In this document: in pieces, positions 11,398-25,995 of the stretch | Position numbering within the stretch: position 1 is the first letter of the stretch | How the letters are laid out: every line of letters begins with the position of its first letter | Assembly (NCBI GenBank): GCA_024704765.1 | Contig: JAKMXF010000342.1 | Location: forward strand, 1 to 64,000 | From: Oopsacas minuta | Lineage: Eukaryota > Animalia > Porifera | Length of the DNA: 64,000 nucleotides | Direction of reading: 5' to 3' | The notes under the pieces: generated by a model | What the model saw: only the letters and a program-made list of their open reading frames with translations | Databases searched by the model: none | Told to the model about the DNA's origin: nothing | Position numbers and translations under genes: made by a program

Positions 11398-12977
11398 ATC
11401 TTCCTTAAATTTCCAAAGCACGCCTAAGTGTGGATGCCTTCTCAACCATTGAAATGGCTGAAATATATCACATTTCCATACTTTGAATCTAGTTCCACCA
11501 ATAACTCCTGAAATTGAAGATAGTTCAGTCCACGAGATCAAACATAATTAACAGTGGAAATAGCAACTACTATTATTGTATTCAGACTTAATGATTTCGC
11601 AGATAAATATTTCTGCTGTATTATGCAGTGATATATAACAACGTGAAGAGATATTAAATTAGTTTGAATTCCTTTAACACGAAAACGATTAACCCTTGCG
11701 GTCTTCTCTAGGAAACAACATCCATGAAGGCTTCGGTGCATTCTTTAAAAACCCACCATCTGTGAGAAGTTATAGATTTTTCCTTGATCTCACTGACTTG
11801 TAACTAACCGTAGTCAGTTTGTGAATTTCGTGACTAGATTTATGAAATTGTAGCTACTGAGAAATCGAAGACCTTCTTTAAGAGTTTAATTATGCTATAA
11901 TACATTGGCAGAGTATCATATTTTGGAGCATGTTGTTGATAGTGTAGCTTTACAAAATATTCTTCCACGACAATTAAGACAAATACATTTATGGTTGTTC
12001 CAATAATAAAATATTTACTGTTCAGAATTTCCTAGAAATGACGATGTTCATCTCGTAATGGGAGATTACAAAATTGCAGAATTCTTCGTCAAATCATAGT
12101 GTCATGTCAGCAACTAAGTTCGATTTCCCACAAACTTAGTGAGTATAGAGTTGTAGCCGGGTTTTTGCATTAGTGCGGTATTTAAATGTTTCCGGTTTGT
12201 ACTATTCAAATTTTGATTTCAAAATATTCCACATTTTCGGGATTACAAAGTATTTCAAAATATATATATTTAACTGACATATTTCAAATTGCTATGTTTC
12301 TCTCAGTTCGGAAGTTAACGTTCAATGAAAATTGAATGTCGAAAGTAAACATTTAAACTGGAACTAAATCATTCTAGGAATCGGAAATATGACGTTAGCC
12401 TGGAGGAATTTTGGGAGATGAATTTTATTGGTGATAATATATGCCCCTCATCAGACTTGCAATATGTTGAAGATTTGAATACATTCCCATAATTCCATTC
12501 TGAGATATTAAGAATTAAGACTTGCTCCTATACAGTTAACAATAGCAGAAACATACTTTCCGTATGCTCTCCCATTTAATTCATTGTTTCCCATAACCTG
12601 CACGCATGTAATATTGGGCCTGCATTATTCCATATTTCTTCGATTATGTGACAATCTATTAATAGCTTTCAATTCGAAAATATTCCCCACTACGATAAAA
12701 CATCTGGGAAATAATTCCACTATACACTGTATACTTACTAAGTACACAAGGCCAGTGGTGATACATCCATTCAATACGTAGTACGTTAAGGCTGTAATAT
12801 AAATATAAATCTCTGTACAATAATTATTGAATTGTTTCCCGAGTCCTTTCTACTATTGAGTAAATTTGTCAAAGTGGATACAACTCCCATCCCATAGCTG
12901 TCTCCACATTGAATGGGACCAGAATATCGTCTTTCGAATCTGCACTTGTCTGATTCAAGTCGCTCCATTCTAACCAT

Positions 12978-15921
12978 CAGGGTCGTATTTGAAGGGAACT
13001 CCAGGGGGTCCCAGTCGGTGCGCCACTGAAGCTCGCCGAGGAAAAAGAAAGGGGTATTTTTTCTACATCATATTTATTGTTGTTATTTATAAGATATGAT
13101 TAAATTCAATTTTTTAAGTGGTAATTTTACGTAATTGTTAGTATATATAATATCTAATTAGTAGTAGAAAATATATCAACATGTCAGCAAAAAGACACGC
13201 CAGTGACAGACATAAAGTGAAATGTAATGAATGCGACACTATTATGGACAATGATAATAAAAATCGTCACATCCAAAACTGTCATGTGCTCTTGCAAAAT
13301 GCAGGACAAAAATATCGTATTTCGCTGGTTGTCTCAGAAAATCAAAACAAAATTATGAAGTTTTCGATACTGCTTTAAATACAGTACCTGTTTCATCTAA
13401 CACAAATTTGTACCAGTGACAATGTCTCCGAAGATTCATCTCTTATCCTTACCGAGTGCTTTTCAAATCCTTTGATTTCAGAGCCTGTCCCCATTGATGA
13501 TCCGGAAATATCAGTGAATAGGAATTCATTCGAATTGGAGACAAATGAATCAAGTGATACTACAGATAAGGACAATGCTATCATGAGGAATATTATTCTT
13601 AAGAAGTGGTTGACTCTATACTTAAAGAGTTTTCCTCAAGGATTCTTGAATCTATTACACTTCAACACCATCTTCAGAATTTGCCTAATAAATTAATTTA
13701 TGGTCGAAATAGAAGCAATCAAACAAAATGGTACAAAGAATTCTCTTGGATTTCATACATTCAAAATGACGATACAGCAACATGTTTTCCTTGCAAAAAG
13801 TTTGGATCAAAGACTCAAAAGCCTTTCGTCTTCAAAAATTGGTCAAAGCCCAAAAGACTAAAAAAACATGCAAAAAGTATTGCACATCAAAATCACATGA
13901 TTGCATGGATAAGATCTAAATCAAATAATTTAAGAAAAGTTCAATTTTGTCACAAGTTCGAAAGCAAAGGGAAGATTAAGTAAAGCTCAACCGTATGTAT
14001 CTTTCAAAGGTGATGGAAACTCTTGCTTGTTTGGCAAAACAAAATATTGCCATAAGAGGACATAAGGGAGATCTAAAGACTATCTGTGAGACATCAAATT
14101 CAAATCGGGGTAATTTCCTTGAGCTACTTCATCTCAGAGGCAAAGATCTACCATGGTTTAAAGAAAAGTTCGAAGAGTTGAATAATCGTCATAGAATGTG
14201 GCTTAGTCCCGAAATCCAAAATGGGATCTTGGATTTAATCGAAAGCAACGTAACTAAAATCATATCAGATGAAGTCATAGAAAGCAGAATGTATTCAATA
14301 ATTGGCTATGAAACCTTGGACATAAGTCTTGATGAGCAGTGCTCTCTTTATCTTCATTGTGCTTCAAAAGGGATGATAAAAGAGAAATTTATTGGCTTTT
14401 ATCTAGCAAAATCGACAACTGCAAAAGCACTTTTTGAACTAGTTACAGAGGCATTAAAGGACTTAAATCTAGATCCAAGTTATATTGTTGGCCAAGGATA
14501 TGATGGTGCTAGTAACATGAAAGGGAAAAGGGAGGATTACAAACTTTGATAAAATCAGTTACCCCTAAATCGATTTATGTCCATTGCTTTGGCCATTTAT
14601 TAAATCTTGCTGTCCAAAAATCAGTTTCAAGAGTGATTCCAGTAGAAATGCATTTGGATCTTGCAAAAAATCTGCACGTTCATTGAGGCTAGTGCTAGAC
14701 GACATCATATATTCCAAGATACTCAAAAGGCTGGTGGCGAGAAAGTTATTGTGCTTCAATCACAAAATAAAACTCGATGGGCCATGCGCCATGCGTCAGC
14801 CTCTGCCATTAAGAAGTGTCTCGGCTCCACAATCATTTCTATCATGAAAATTCTTGCTATCGATTCTTCTACATCTGCAACATCAGCGGGCCTCTTAGTA
14901 AACATTTGTTATTGGGTATAAGCAGTGCATTATCAGCTTATTTGCAGTCAGAGACCATGGACGTAGTTCATGCAAGAAAATCTGCGGAATTCACCATCAC
15001 AAACCGGAGAGTCTTGGAAATGAAAACTGCTTTCTAAAATTTTGAATGAAACTGAGGCCATGGCAACTCAAGTGAGAAACATCATCAAAGACGAAAAAAT
15101 AGTTAATTTCAAAGAGTTAGAAGTTCCACGACGTCCCATCCCATCTGCGATTGCAATTGAAGCAGGACTTGCGATAACATCTGCAGTTGTATGTGATCAA
15201 CCACGATCTTTTATCAAAGAAACCCTATATCTTCTTATGGTCTATGGATTTAAACAGGAAATCCAATCCCGATTTTCAGATAATGATCAAGATATTTTGT
15301 GTGTACTTGCAGTTTTGATCATGCACCCAGAAAAACAGGATGTAAGGAAAGAAGCCACTCTCGTTGCTGATTTTATGAAATTGATGAAGATCATCTTCTA
15401 TCAGAGAGAAATGTCATAGTTGGACTATTAAATGGTGAAGATTCTAGTGTTCTTTCGTCTGGCTAGAAACTTTTTGAATAGATACATGAAAATCGAATTT
15501 CAGAATTATACCCACGTTCTCTTTATTGGCACAAATTCTTGCCTCTATTCCTGCCACGTCTTGTAGTGTCGAGGGCTCTTTTTCTACCCTACGTAGAATA
15601 AAAACATATCTACGTTCAACAATCGGTCAGGAGAGACTGTTAAATGTTGCTATTCTGAACATTGAACGGAATATTCCAGACGTGGTAATTGGAAATCATA
15701 TGGATGACCTTATCAACTCATTTGCGCATCATTGTAACCGTGGAATTATGTTTATCTCTTAAATATGTTCTCATTTACTTATGTGAAGGAATACAACATA
15801 TATTTTGACTAGTTTAGCTTATATTCTTTATTATCACTAGTTAAGTCGGAGGAATTTACGAAAAACCCATCGAAGCTGAAGTTGTGGTGCCCCCTCCTTT
15901 GTTTGTGGCCCTACGCCCCTG
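12978..15921 (+). mobile_element. Decayed hAT transposon (ZMYM1/P52rIPK/Tip100-like transposase), 2944 bp
   Basis: Termini CAGGGTCGTA / TACGCCCCTG; flanks CTAACCAT and CCAACCGT match at 6 of 8 positions (decayed 8-bp TSD). Fragments: TTF-type finger WISY..DDTATCFPC, RGH...NRGNFLELL, IIGYETLD, GQGYDGASNM, HCFGHLLNL, KTRW, and hAT dimerisation IPATSCSVEGSFSTLRRIKTYLRSTIGQERL. Multiple stops and frameshifts. Confidence 0.9.
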
Positions 15922-16199
15922 CCAACCGTTACTATATCCAGCATATACTATTTATCTCCCTAGAGTATTCGCGATCGGGATGGGTGTGATAAATCCTACA
16001 AGGGCCCCAAAGTCAGAATTATCGCATATTCTAGAATATTACCATCATACTAGCGATACAGGAAAGTGAACAATTATACAAGTAATTACTTCGCTTCAAT
16101 TGGCAAAATAATCTATGATTTTGAAAGTTTCCTATAGCCGGATTAATTTAGTGTATCCTTTTGTGGGAATCATAATCAAAGCAGGTCAAATGAATGCTC

Positions 16200-18296
16200 C
16201 CCGAAGATAGTTCCATCGTATACTTCCAACTGAAAAAAATTTGGTCACACTCGGCATTTATTACATTTACGACATGACGACTAACTCCTTAGGACATCAC
16301 CACATATGTACTTGTTCTTGCATGCTATCTCTACAAGTTTTATGTTGCTTCCCAAATCTTTTTTCTACAAGAGGATCAAACTGGATGATAAGCAAGTTTC
16401 TCTTCTTGATTACACTAATCAGCAATCTCTAGGTGAAATATTATCCCGATTAGTTGCGGAAGATGGATTTAGTTATTTAAGAATTCCCAGAGTAAGTTTA
16501 TCAGGTCATCCTTATCGGCAAAGGGTTTATACCAGCGAAGAGCCATTCTACTATATCAATCAGAGTTAGAGAATATAGTTTGCAAGTGAAATCTTCTATT
16601 AAGCAAGAATTGGCTGAAATACTCGAGAACAATACCCGATTTAGTATAACTCTTGATGAATACACTTCAAATTGCAACAGACGGTACATGAATGTCAATC
16701 TCCATCTAAAACTCCAAGTTTGGATCCTTGGATTTGCTCGAATATTTAACACCATGCCGGCCGAAAGTGCAAAAAGGAATTCTTGAATCTAAACTTGAGG
16801 AATCCGATATTCATCTAAATGAACACGTTGTAGCAGTGGTAACTGATGGTGCCTCAGTTATGACCAAAATGGGAAAACTTTGTAAACCAATTCACCAAAT
16901 ATGCTTTGCTCATGCCATCCATGTTGCAGTTTGTGATGTCCTCTATGATCCCAAAACTAACGATAGCGTTGAAATACTCGGAAAGACAATTGAATGAAGA
17001 ACTTCACGATCACATGCTCCATGATGATGATGAAATTTGTGACCCGTGTGATATAGATATCATATTACCGATTCTAAAGCATCATTTGAACCTCGTAATA
17101 AACAAGGTCAGAATAATTACAAGGTAGTTTAGAGAATCTCCAACAAAAATGATATTCTCCAGGGTTATGTTAAGGAAATTCTAAACCGAAGGGAATTGAA
17201 ATTAATCCTTGATTGCAAAACTAGGCGGAGCAGTTGACTCACTATGATTGAGCGGTTTTTGGAACTGAAAAAAAACATTAAGTAAAGCACTAATTGATGT
17301 TTCATATAGCATTTCCATCTATGAACATGAATGGGAAATGCTTGATGATATCCACAAATGTCTAAAGCCTGTAGAAATCGCAGTTGCTTCATTATGTAGC
17401 CGAGATTCTAATCTATTAACGGCAGAAGGAATATTTAATTTCAAGTATTCACAAATTGATAATATTGGGTCACAGCTGGCCCTTGATGTATTTCAAACTC
17501 TAAAGGAATGTATAGATGACAGAAGAGTAATTGAAATAGTTGCTTTAGTGAAATATCTCCTTAATCCAGCATCTATCGATAATTCTCTAAAGAAATCCGA
17601 CCTGCTAAAGACTGCTAAAGGTATACTCAAACGTCTATACCCAATTCAAGCGGAGACTAATGATATTATTGAAGCTAACACAACATAAATTAATAACACC
17701 ATTGAATTATCAAATTTGAATCTTGTTCCTTCCAAAAGTCCAATGCTCGATGAACTAAGGGAATCTATTAGCAAATCCACAACTACTACAAGAACAAACA
17801 AAATTCTTGAAGACGACTTTCATTTCCTGCCTAAAGAATTCAGCCTTTTTGAGGCCACTGGTAGTAAATCCTCTAATTTACAGTTGCTGGAACAATCCCT
17901 ATATACTATCCCACCTACCAGTGTAGAAGCAGAAAGAGCATTTTCTGCAGCAGGCCTTTTCAACACGAAGTTAAGATCTAGTTTAAATGACTCCTCCTTG
18001 GATGCATTAGCATTTCTGAAAGGTCATTTCAAGAATACTACAAATAGTGGACTGACAGAATATTACTACTAGTTGATGACAAGATAATACGATAGGTCTT
18101 TAGTTATCCATTGTATAAAATTACATTGCTATTTAGTATGATTGACTAACATATCTCGTAGTATAATGGGTAGACTTATTGTGCTTTTTTGGTAAGAAAA
18201 TAAACATGTAATCCACTGCAATTCAAACACCCGGGTATTCTGTGCGCAAGGATTCGATATCCGGGTCTTAGATAATGAGGATCGTCGACAGCCCTA
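16200..18296 (+). mobile_element. Decayed hAT transposon (hobo/Ac-like transposase); left end unresolved
   Basis: Fragments FSITLDEYTS..NRRYMNVNLH, AVVTDGASVM, CFAHAIHVAVCDVLY and IPPTSVEAERAFSAAGLF.TKLRSSL. Right terminus GTCGACAGCCCTA ends at 18296, preceded by CCGGGT subterminal motifs. Confidence 0.85.
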
Positions 18297-18699
18297 GTCA
18301 GCACTTGTGCTGTGTCATTAAGAAAAGAGTTACCCTCAGCAGACTAACCTGTATTTGGGTGTATAATTTTCTATCAGAGGCATTTGGAATTATATAAAGT
18401 ACGCTCCCTCGAATCTTGAGGCTGAATTATAAATAATGAATTCGAAGTTTAGACCAATTGGAAAAGTTTTTATTCTTATTAAAGAGCCAAAAGAGATGAA
18501 ATTTAAAAGAAATATGAAATTTTATAATTTCCCCGGATTAACGAAATTGCAGTCTGAATTTATAACATCACCATAGACCAATTAGAAATTGAATCAAATA
18601 AGTGGAGTAATTCTATTGTGTGATTTTTATGGATATTTAGAAATGCAAGTAAGTAACTAATGTCCTTCTATTATGATTATTGTGAATACATAACAATGA

Positions 18700-19620
18700 T
18701 GAAATCGAAGTATATAAATGAAGTACTTAGATAATGTTCAAAGTCACGGGGCTCAACCTGTCTCATAGCTGCAATGAGGTTGCTGTTGATGTGATTGAAT
18801 TCTCGAAGAAGTGGAACAACCCAATCTCACAGTTTCCTCACATCGTCTCAAAATTTACAAGATTTCATGATGCACACGCGTCAGTCAGCAAAGAAAAACA
18901 CCGGTGCAGTAAGAGACAGTATCAACTATATACTGCGTTCTATTATCCCTGGAAATTCTATTCCACAACGCTCAGGACGGACTGCCTAGTTCCTCTAACG
19001 TGTCATTTGATAAGCACCTACTATCAGAAGCATAATATGTGTTCCAATTACATTTATTCCCAACTCTAGCAAGTTAACCTGTCTTTAGCCCGACTTCTGA
19101 CAAGAACAGTTTCATTGATGATCAACTATTCAGTGCCATTCTGGATGGCAGAATCGCGACCTCGCCAAGAAATATTAGTCATCGATTCGGTATTATCTCC
19201 CCCCTGGTGTTGACCATACATCAATCAAAGCAGCTCTTTGCATGAAGCTCGTAAAGACTAAAGAAAAGTGATTGTATCTAATACATATGAGACTCTTTGT
19301 TCTCCAGTCCCTCTCATAGTTCACATTGACGGGAAGATGGCACCAGATTGTGGGGACGGAAAATGAATGAGGATTCTATTTGTTTAGGTAAGGATATGCA
19401 AAGGTTTGTGGGAATTCCGCGACTACCAAAGGCCTCTGGAGCTCGTATAGGACCAAAGATGATTGATATTTTGCAGGAGCTGACGGATGTCGTTCTCCAT
19501 CTCGCCGACCTAGGCTCCGATACAATTGCGAGCAACACGAGAGGCGCTATAACTGTCATCGTAGTGGCATACAATCTGATGTTGTTATACGATATTTTCG
19601 GAAATTATTGGCAGTATTTT
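18700..19620 (+). pseudogene. DNA transposase relic, tentatively hATm-like
   Basis: Fragments HIDGKMAPD, FVGIPRLPKASG..IG and DTIASNTRGA resemble the H.DGK / +G+P.L..G+G / DTTASNTG..GA motif series of a eukaryotic DDE transposase group. The family name is from memory and uncertain. Confidence 0.45.
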
Positions 19621-19704
19621 AATCAAGTAGATCGTTAAGTACTAAGATATATATAAGTATTTGTATATTATGGCATAAGATTAGCCCAGTTAGCACATAA
19701 AATA

Positions 19705-20855
19705 CAGTACAAACAATCGAACAGCCTAATATTGAAATTTCCTAACCATATTATTTAGGCATTCTGCAATTCTCTGGCCCATTGATAGGCAGAAGGCCTC
19801 AGAAAAATAAGATCAAACGATTTCCATATCCCTAAATCCCTTCCCTTTGTCACCAACAGTTCTAATAGAACGCTTTAATAGTCTATTCTTTAAAACTGCC
19901 TAAACATTCACTATTGGTGCCAAATTGGGGCTGTTAGGGTGTCAGTCGATACGTTAGGGGATAAAATCCATCTCCCAGACCTTTGCCGCCTTCCCGGTGT
20001 GTACTGGACAATTGCTCTCTTGTAGTACCCATTCATTTCAGTAGAGTGCGTTAGCTTGTGCTATTAGGTGTTCATTCAGTGTGCCAATGTAAACCATTTG
20101 ATTGAAATTTTCCGTAAATATCGAGAGGGGCATTGACCCCAGAACTGAAATTCCACCCCATAAATGAACTTAGCTGGATTTATGAATGTTGGGAAAATGG
20201 GCTGTACATTTTTGCCCATACTTTTACTTTACCAGAATCAGGCCAAACTGAGCACTCGTCGGTAAATACTAATCAGCTCCCATCGAATCCCTTCACCCTC
20301 TTGCGCCATGCAATTCTTTTGGCCAAATGAGCGTCGGTTATGGCCGGAACTCTAACAACTGAGGTGTAATGTAGGTTTCGCCGCTTCATCTCAGTAGGTA
20401 AAGTACTCAGTGTAATTTGCAGTTAATTTTGGTGCTCTTTCGCTCAGTATCATGAGATGTGCCTTGGCCAAGTTTACAGTCCTCCTTTTGTCATTTGCTA
20501 TAATTTTTCTAGGCCTTTCTGCTCCGCTTCCTTGTTGAATGCTCAAATTTTATTTTATTTTCTTGAGTACCCGATACACAGTTCGCTCTGGAATCTCAGT
20601 TCCCTTGGAGATATCGCTTGCTTGAGTTATGCCGGTTTCATACAATGTTTTAATCTTGTTTCTCTGCATTTCTTGGAGTTTCATTCTGATAACAGAAATG
20701 TTTCGAGATATCGAAAGTCAAAATAGGAGTATTAAAGCCAATTGACAAAATAGGTATCTGATCCAATAATTTTTCAAAACTTCACGTTGATTAATGAATA
20801 CTTATTGGTATACAAATTTTTCTCCAAATTGTGGCTGAACAATAATCTGTTCGTG
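19705..20855 (-). mobile_element. Decayed Tc1-like (DDxE) transposon
   Basis: Minus-strand fragments LVFTDECSVW, WVLQESNCPVHT, PNSPNLAPIVNV*AVLKNRL; weak TIR relics TA|CAG..CAGCC at 19705 and GGCTG..GTG|TA ending 20855. Confidence 0.65.
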
Positions 20856-23256
20856 TAAATAGCTGCTGATATGTAGCTCCAAACTCCGGAAAAAATGCTG
20901 CCAATAATTTCTGAAAATATTGTACACCACCAATCGACATTCTAAAATATGAATACTGTTCGGAATAGTCTTTTTGTCTTCCGATCCTTAGTTCATACTT
21001 TTTAATTTACAACTAATGATCCAATGTGGGTGGCTGCACAAGTGATTACGTTAGCACCGAGTACGACCTCCTATTGTTGCATATGATAGAGCGTTATGCT
21101 CATATTGACCACTAAATATCGAAGGAGGATATAAAAGGATCCCGGGTTACCTCGGGTATTTAAGTGACAATCTTATGTGTTTGATCCGCTTCCATGATCA
21201 ACCCCCAGTAAATTACAGAAAAAAAATTGTACCAATTCTCTGATAGAATTCCATCAAAAAAGTGATCCCAACAAGTCCATCAACAGAACATTGGAACTCA
21301 GTTAGATAATATAAGAGGACCAGTGTTTTATCTAGTTTTTGAAATCAGTTGGCGGCTGTTGTGTTCAAATTCGCCAACCACTCTGGGGGATAAACTAATC
21401 ATACAGTAATCAGAATATTTTCACAAAGACAAGCCCATTCAAAGCGAGTGGCTAGATGAAACACAGTTAAGTACAAAATTGTAAGATACGTTAATCAGGA
21501 GAAATTGAAAAATTATCTTATTCTTGCTAAATAACCATACTATTGGCACCTTTAGAGGTCTGTTAACGTTATCAGATTTGCCTAAAACTTCCCAATGAAT
21601 TTCACTCAAGGAATCTTATGAATAGTGAGGGTATGTGCTGTAAGAGCAAAAAAATATTTTTCTGAACACCCTACCCTGATAGAGTGAAAGATCCGTAAAT
21701 GGGGAATTTCCATAAACAGAGAAATATTGCTCCACTTTCATTCATTTTCATAGAACGAACTTTCATATGCGAGCAATGGGAAATTGGCATACTCAGAAAT
21801 AATTACGCCTCACAAATTGAAATTTACTACAATTCGTTGGGAATTCGATGATAAATTTCTTGAATCATCAATTCTAGCGATAAATTTTGATAATAAATAA
21901 CATTTATCGCATGATGGACTGAAATCTTGTGTTTTTCAGAAAAATAATCCTTAAAAAATACTACCTTTAATGAACAACCTTCGGCATATCATAATAAGTA
22001 ATTATCATTAAAAACTAGAAGTTGGAGAGAGTGACAATGGCTCAAAAATCTTGGCTTAAAAGAGATTTGGATTTGAAATTATATATGGAGGATAGAAGGG
22101 TATCAGTAGATTAGCTGTACCAACCTATCACACCTATAGAGGTTTTACTGTATATCTGAGTTCTCCTGTGATAATTAACAATTCAATACACCAACAAGTA
22201 CTGTGCGATCTCATTTAACCCAGATATATTACAAAATTCTCAAAGTAGAGATGTAATTTTTGAATAAATAGTATCGAAAACTTTCAGGTACAGTATCTGT
22301 TCTATCTATCAATTACGAGTCAAAGATATATAGTAAATTTAGAAGAGTTAGAATAGTACTTGTAGTTTCAATGGATACTAATTTAATTATCATACGATCA
22401 CCCATGATTATTTTTTGGAAGCTATTTGAGACCAAATTCAGTGGTCCTCAACCAGGATAACGCGGCACATTCTGTGCCTCAGAACATTGTTAGAAGCACC
22501 CAAAAGTGCCACTAGAATGAACAAAAACTCATCATTGGAGTATTAAGTCAGGATGACATAACAATCCAATAATGAGTTAGCTTTTGGTCAGAATCATGAC
22601 ATTGGGACATTTGTCACATTGAGGGGTAGCTGTGATTCAAAATTTCAAATTCTATCATATATATTGGCTGAGAAGTGGAGAATAATGTGATTTTACGGCA
22701 ATCCAGAGGTGATAATGACGTCATAATATTGTCATAGGTGTGAATCTTGTCTATAATCATCATAGGATTATTATATCAACATTAAAAGTCTATAAATATT
22801 CCAGTATTAAATTTTCGAAAATTCTAATATTTCTAAACACCTGAGGCATAAAGGGTCCCAATAACAACTAAATGCGACGTACCATCTCCATGATCATCGC
22901 AAAAAGGCCATTCAATCAAATTTGGATGGACCTGGGATTATAAACTTATAATGTTTTAACTATTCTGTGATTTTGAGACACGTATTGTCAAGTATATTAT
23001 GTCACGTATCGACCAATACCACTATAAAATTTAGCTGTTTAATAGTTAAGCTAAATGGAGAATAAGGTTAGCTAACTATGCTTGTACAAATTAAATGCGT
23101 TTAAATACTATAGATTAAGCAGTACCCCATAGTGATTCGGCATGCTGAATATCAGTAAAATCCGTGTATTCAAGAAGTGTGTGGACTGAGAGTCATTCTT
23201 TTGAAAATGGGCAAGGAAAGGAGCATATATACTACCAATGGATATTAAGTATTGTA

Positions 23257-24563
23257 CGAAGGGCACTCGAAAAGTTGTGACGCTGACCGACATATCATAC
23301 AGTAATAATAAAATTGATTATTACATTTTTCAAAATACTCTCCCTGACAATCTATACATTATTTATTCTGGTAAACCAATCACCAAAACATTTTTTCCAC
23401 TCATCTTTGGGTATGTCCCCGATCGCTTGGAAAAGTGCTCCTCTCAACTCTTAATTAGTCGAAAATCTCCTTCCACGTAATTGTTCTTTGAGTCTAGGGA
23501 ACAACCAGAAGACGCAAGGGGCTAAATCAGGACTGTAGGGCGGGTTATGCAATGTTTTGAGTCTAGAATTTTCCAAAAACTCACGAGTTCTGATTGCCAT
23601 ATGCGATGATGCATTATCATGATGAAGAAGAATTCCTCTAATACCTGTCTTCTCCCGCTGTGACTCAATTGCTGTGGTGACTTTGGGTAGGGACACTGTA
23701 GTGTACCAGTCGGCAGTAACAGTTTTTCTATCCTCAAGAGCAACAGCTTCGACAAACCCACTAGATATGAAAAAATCGCCCACATTTGTTTCCCAACAGA
23801 TCTAGCCCTCCGCACTTTGGTTCGAGGTGGAGCATCTTCTTCAACCCACTCCTTTGACATTGGCTTTGTTTCTGGATCATAATGGTTTATCCATGTCTCA
23901 TCACCTGTAAGGATCTCTGAAACAGCTCTTGAACTTCCATTAGCAAACCTTTTAAGCATACTTTTGCAAAAGTCCATGCGGGATACTTTTTGCTGTAAGT
24001 TTAAAGAATGGGAGATCCATCGAGGACACAACCTCCTGACACAAAGCTCTTTGTGCAAAATGATATTAATTGTTCCCGATGATAACTCGGTTTCATACTC
24101 TAACTGAGCGTACGTAATATGAGGATCTTTAGTGATTAGATCTAGCATTTCGTTAACATTTTCTTCATTATGTGAAATATTCGGTCTTCCTGAACGAGGA
24201 GCATCTTCAAGAACAAAGTTTCAGTGAATAAATTCCCTGTACCATCGTTCAACTCTACTTAGAGAAGGAACTAGATCCGGGAAATGTTCCTGTAAGGATT
24301 CATAGATTTCTACACTTGTCTTCTGTAGTTTGAATAAGATCAAAATCATTCATCCCAAATCACGTTTTGTGAGATCTGATTTAAATTGAGATATTTTCGA
24401 AGCCACATATGCCAAAATTATCTACTTTATGAAAGTAGAGCAGATAAATGAATGAAAGATTCATAGTAGGGTAATAAAATATGTCTGAAAAGATGGATGC
24501 GGAAAAATATCCGACAGATTAATGGTTTCATATCAAACGGCAAAATTTTTCGAGTGCCCCTTG
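23257..24563 (-). mobile_element. Full-length decayed mariner (DD34D), 1307 bp
   Basis: Imperfect TIRs CGAAGGGCACTCGAAAAGTTGTG / CAAGGGGCACTCGAAAAATTTTG with TA flanks. Transposase fragments RSGRP, LTGDETWINHYDPETK..SKEW, LLHHDNASSH, HNPPYSPDLAPCVFWLFPRLK; frameshifted. Confidence 0.92.
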
Positions 24564-24689
24564 TATAATAATGGACCAAAGTATTTTATGGATTTTGCTA
24601 AATTGTGCTTTATCAACATCCTTATAGCTCGGCTATGTACTTTCAAATTCTAGATATGGTGCGTACACGTCTCCATATAATAGCGCACT

Positions 24690-25100
24690 AATCATGAAGG
24701 GATTAAGAAAAGAAAAATTATTTCAGTACTAAAAGAGGGATGAAGGCTTAATTCTGTTGAAATACCGAATTTCTTGATATTATTAACAAGAAATTTGGTT
24801 TGAATGGTGTTATATCTATCTTTATCTAAATTGTTTGATCTCGCTATTTATGAATTACTAATTGAGAAGGTTGCAGTCATTTTTGACTGAACGAAAGCAA
24901 GGGTCTATACTAGATCCCTTACGAAGAATTTGAATAGATATATTAAAAATATTGAAAAATTGTTTAATAACAATTATCAGATTCTAAACTTAAATAAATC
25001 AAGTTGTATGTTCATCACTAAATGCGAAAGAGCAAACTGATTACAATGTCGGAAACTATCCATTAATTTCAATGGAAAAGAGAGACAATAAATTGAGTCC
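24690..25100 (+). pseudogene. LINE reverse transcriptase relic
   Basis: Fragments LQSFLTERKQ, QGSILDPL (cf. PQGS+LGPLLF) and LNLNKSSCMF (cf. L.LN..KT..M). Confidence 0.55.
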
Positions 25101-25489
25101 ATCTAGTTCTTGTAATTCTTGGTTAATATCTAGTGTTTAATGAAAGTATTAATGCTGCCTGCTTAAGGAGTGCCTAATCAATTCACATCTCCTTTCCAGA
25201 TTTGATCTGATACAAGTAGGATATCTTTTTTGCTTTGCAGGTAAAGTACACATCCATTCGTAATATCTATAGTTTAATTCTTCATCAATCTTTATATGAT
25301 GGTTTCTATAAACGAGGCAAGTCTATAGTACGTCTATCTACCGCCTACGTAAATAGAGGATACCACATTTCTAAAATATGTTTATATTGATCCAATTTTA
25401 CCATTATACTGTGGATAATTCCGCTAGAAATACCTATTGACAAAAACGCTCAAATGATCTACATCCAAATTCATATTACGTTCCATTTT

Positions 25490-25995
25490 TATACATGCTT
25501 GCTTTAGTATAACTGTAACTGGATAGTGGTCACTCATGGCAATTGGTGATACTTTCTATGTTCTGACTGTATTCAGACAATATATAAATATTAGATATAG
25601 ACATTTTTGGGTAAGTGTTATACATGTTGACGTGTCGATTATTTGATATCAAACTGAAATTTCTCCATACTTTATAGTCAAAGCTTTTCATGCCAAATTA
25701 GTCTGACAACATTGTACACATTAAACTCTCCGAGAATAATAACTGGTCTCTTTCCATAAATGTAACTTCAATTTGTTACTAAAAATTTGATTCCATTGTG
25801 TAAATATATAGCCAGGCCTTCAGTATATTGTAGAGAATAAGGTATTAGTGGCATTCCGATGAAATATTTCTGTCCAAAGGGAATCTATTCATTTTGTATT
25901 CTCAATGTCACTCCATTTGACATATAATATGTTTCCATGATATGAGTACACTTCTACCACATTTTTAAGGTTATCTGTCAATCCTTGCATTAAAT
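25490..25995 (-). pseudogene. LINE apurinic-like endonuclease relic, 3' part (5' part at 28263-28400)
   Basis: Minus strand reads PVIILGEFNV and AMSDHYPVTVILK. Joined across the hAT insertion it reads DVMCITES...QIPGYSFNARIDR, matching APE motifs D+ICITETW / IPGY...R.DR / GDFN / SDH. Confidence 0.7.

Noticed and set aside
12146-15985. TAGAGTTGTAGCCGG (12146) or TAGAGTATTCGCGATC (15961) as left end of the hobo-like hAT ending at 18296
   Set aside because: Only partial TIR match, and neither 8-bp flank matches GTCAGCAC.
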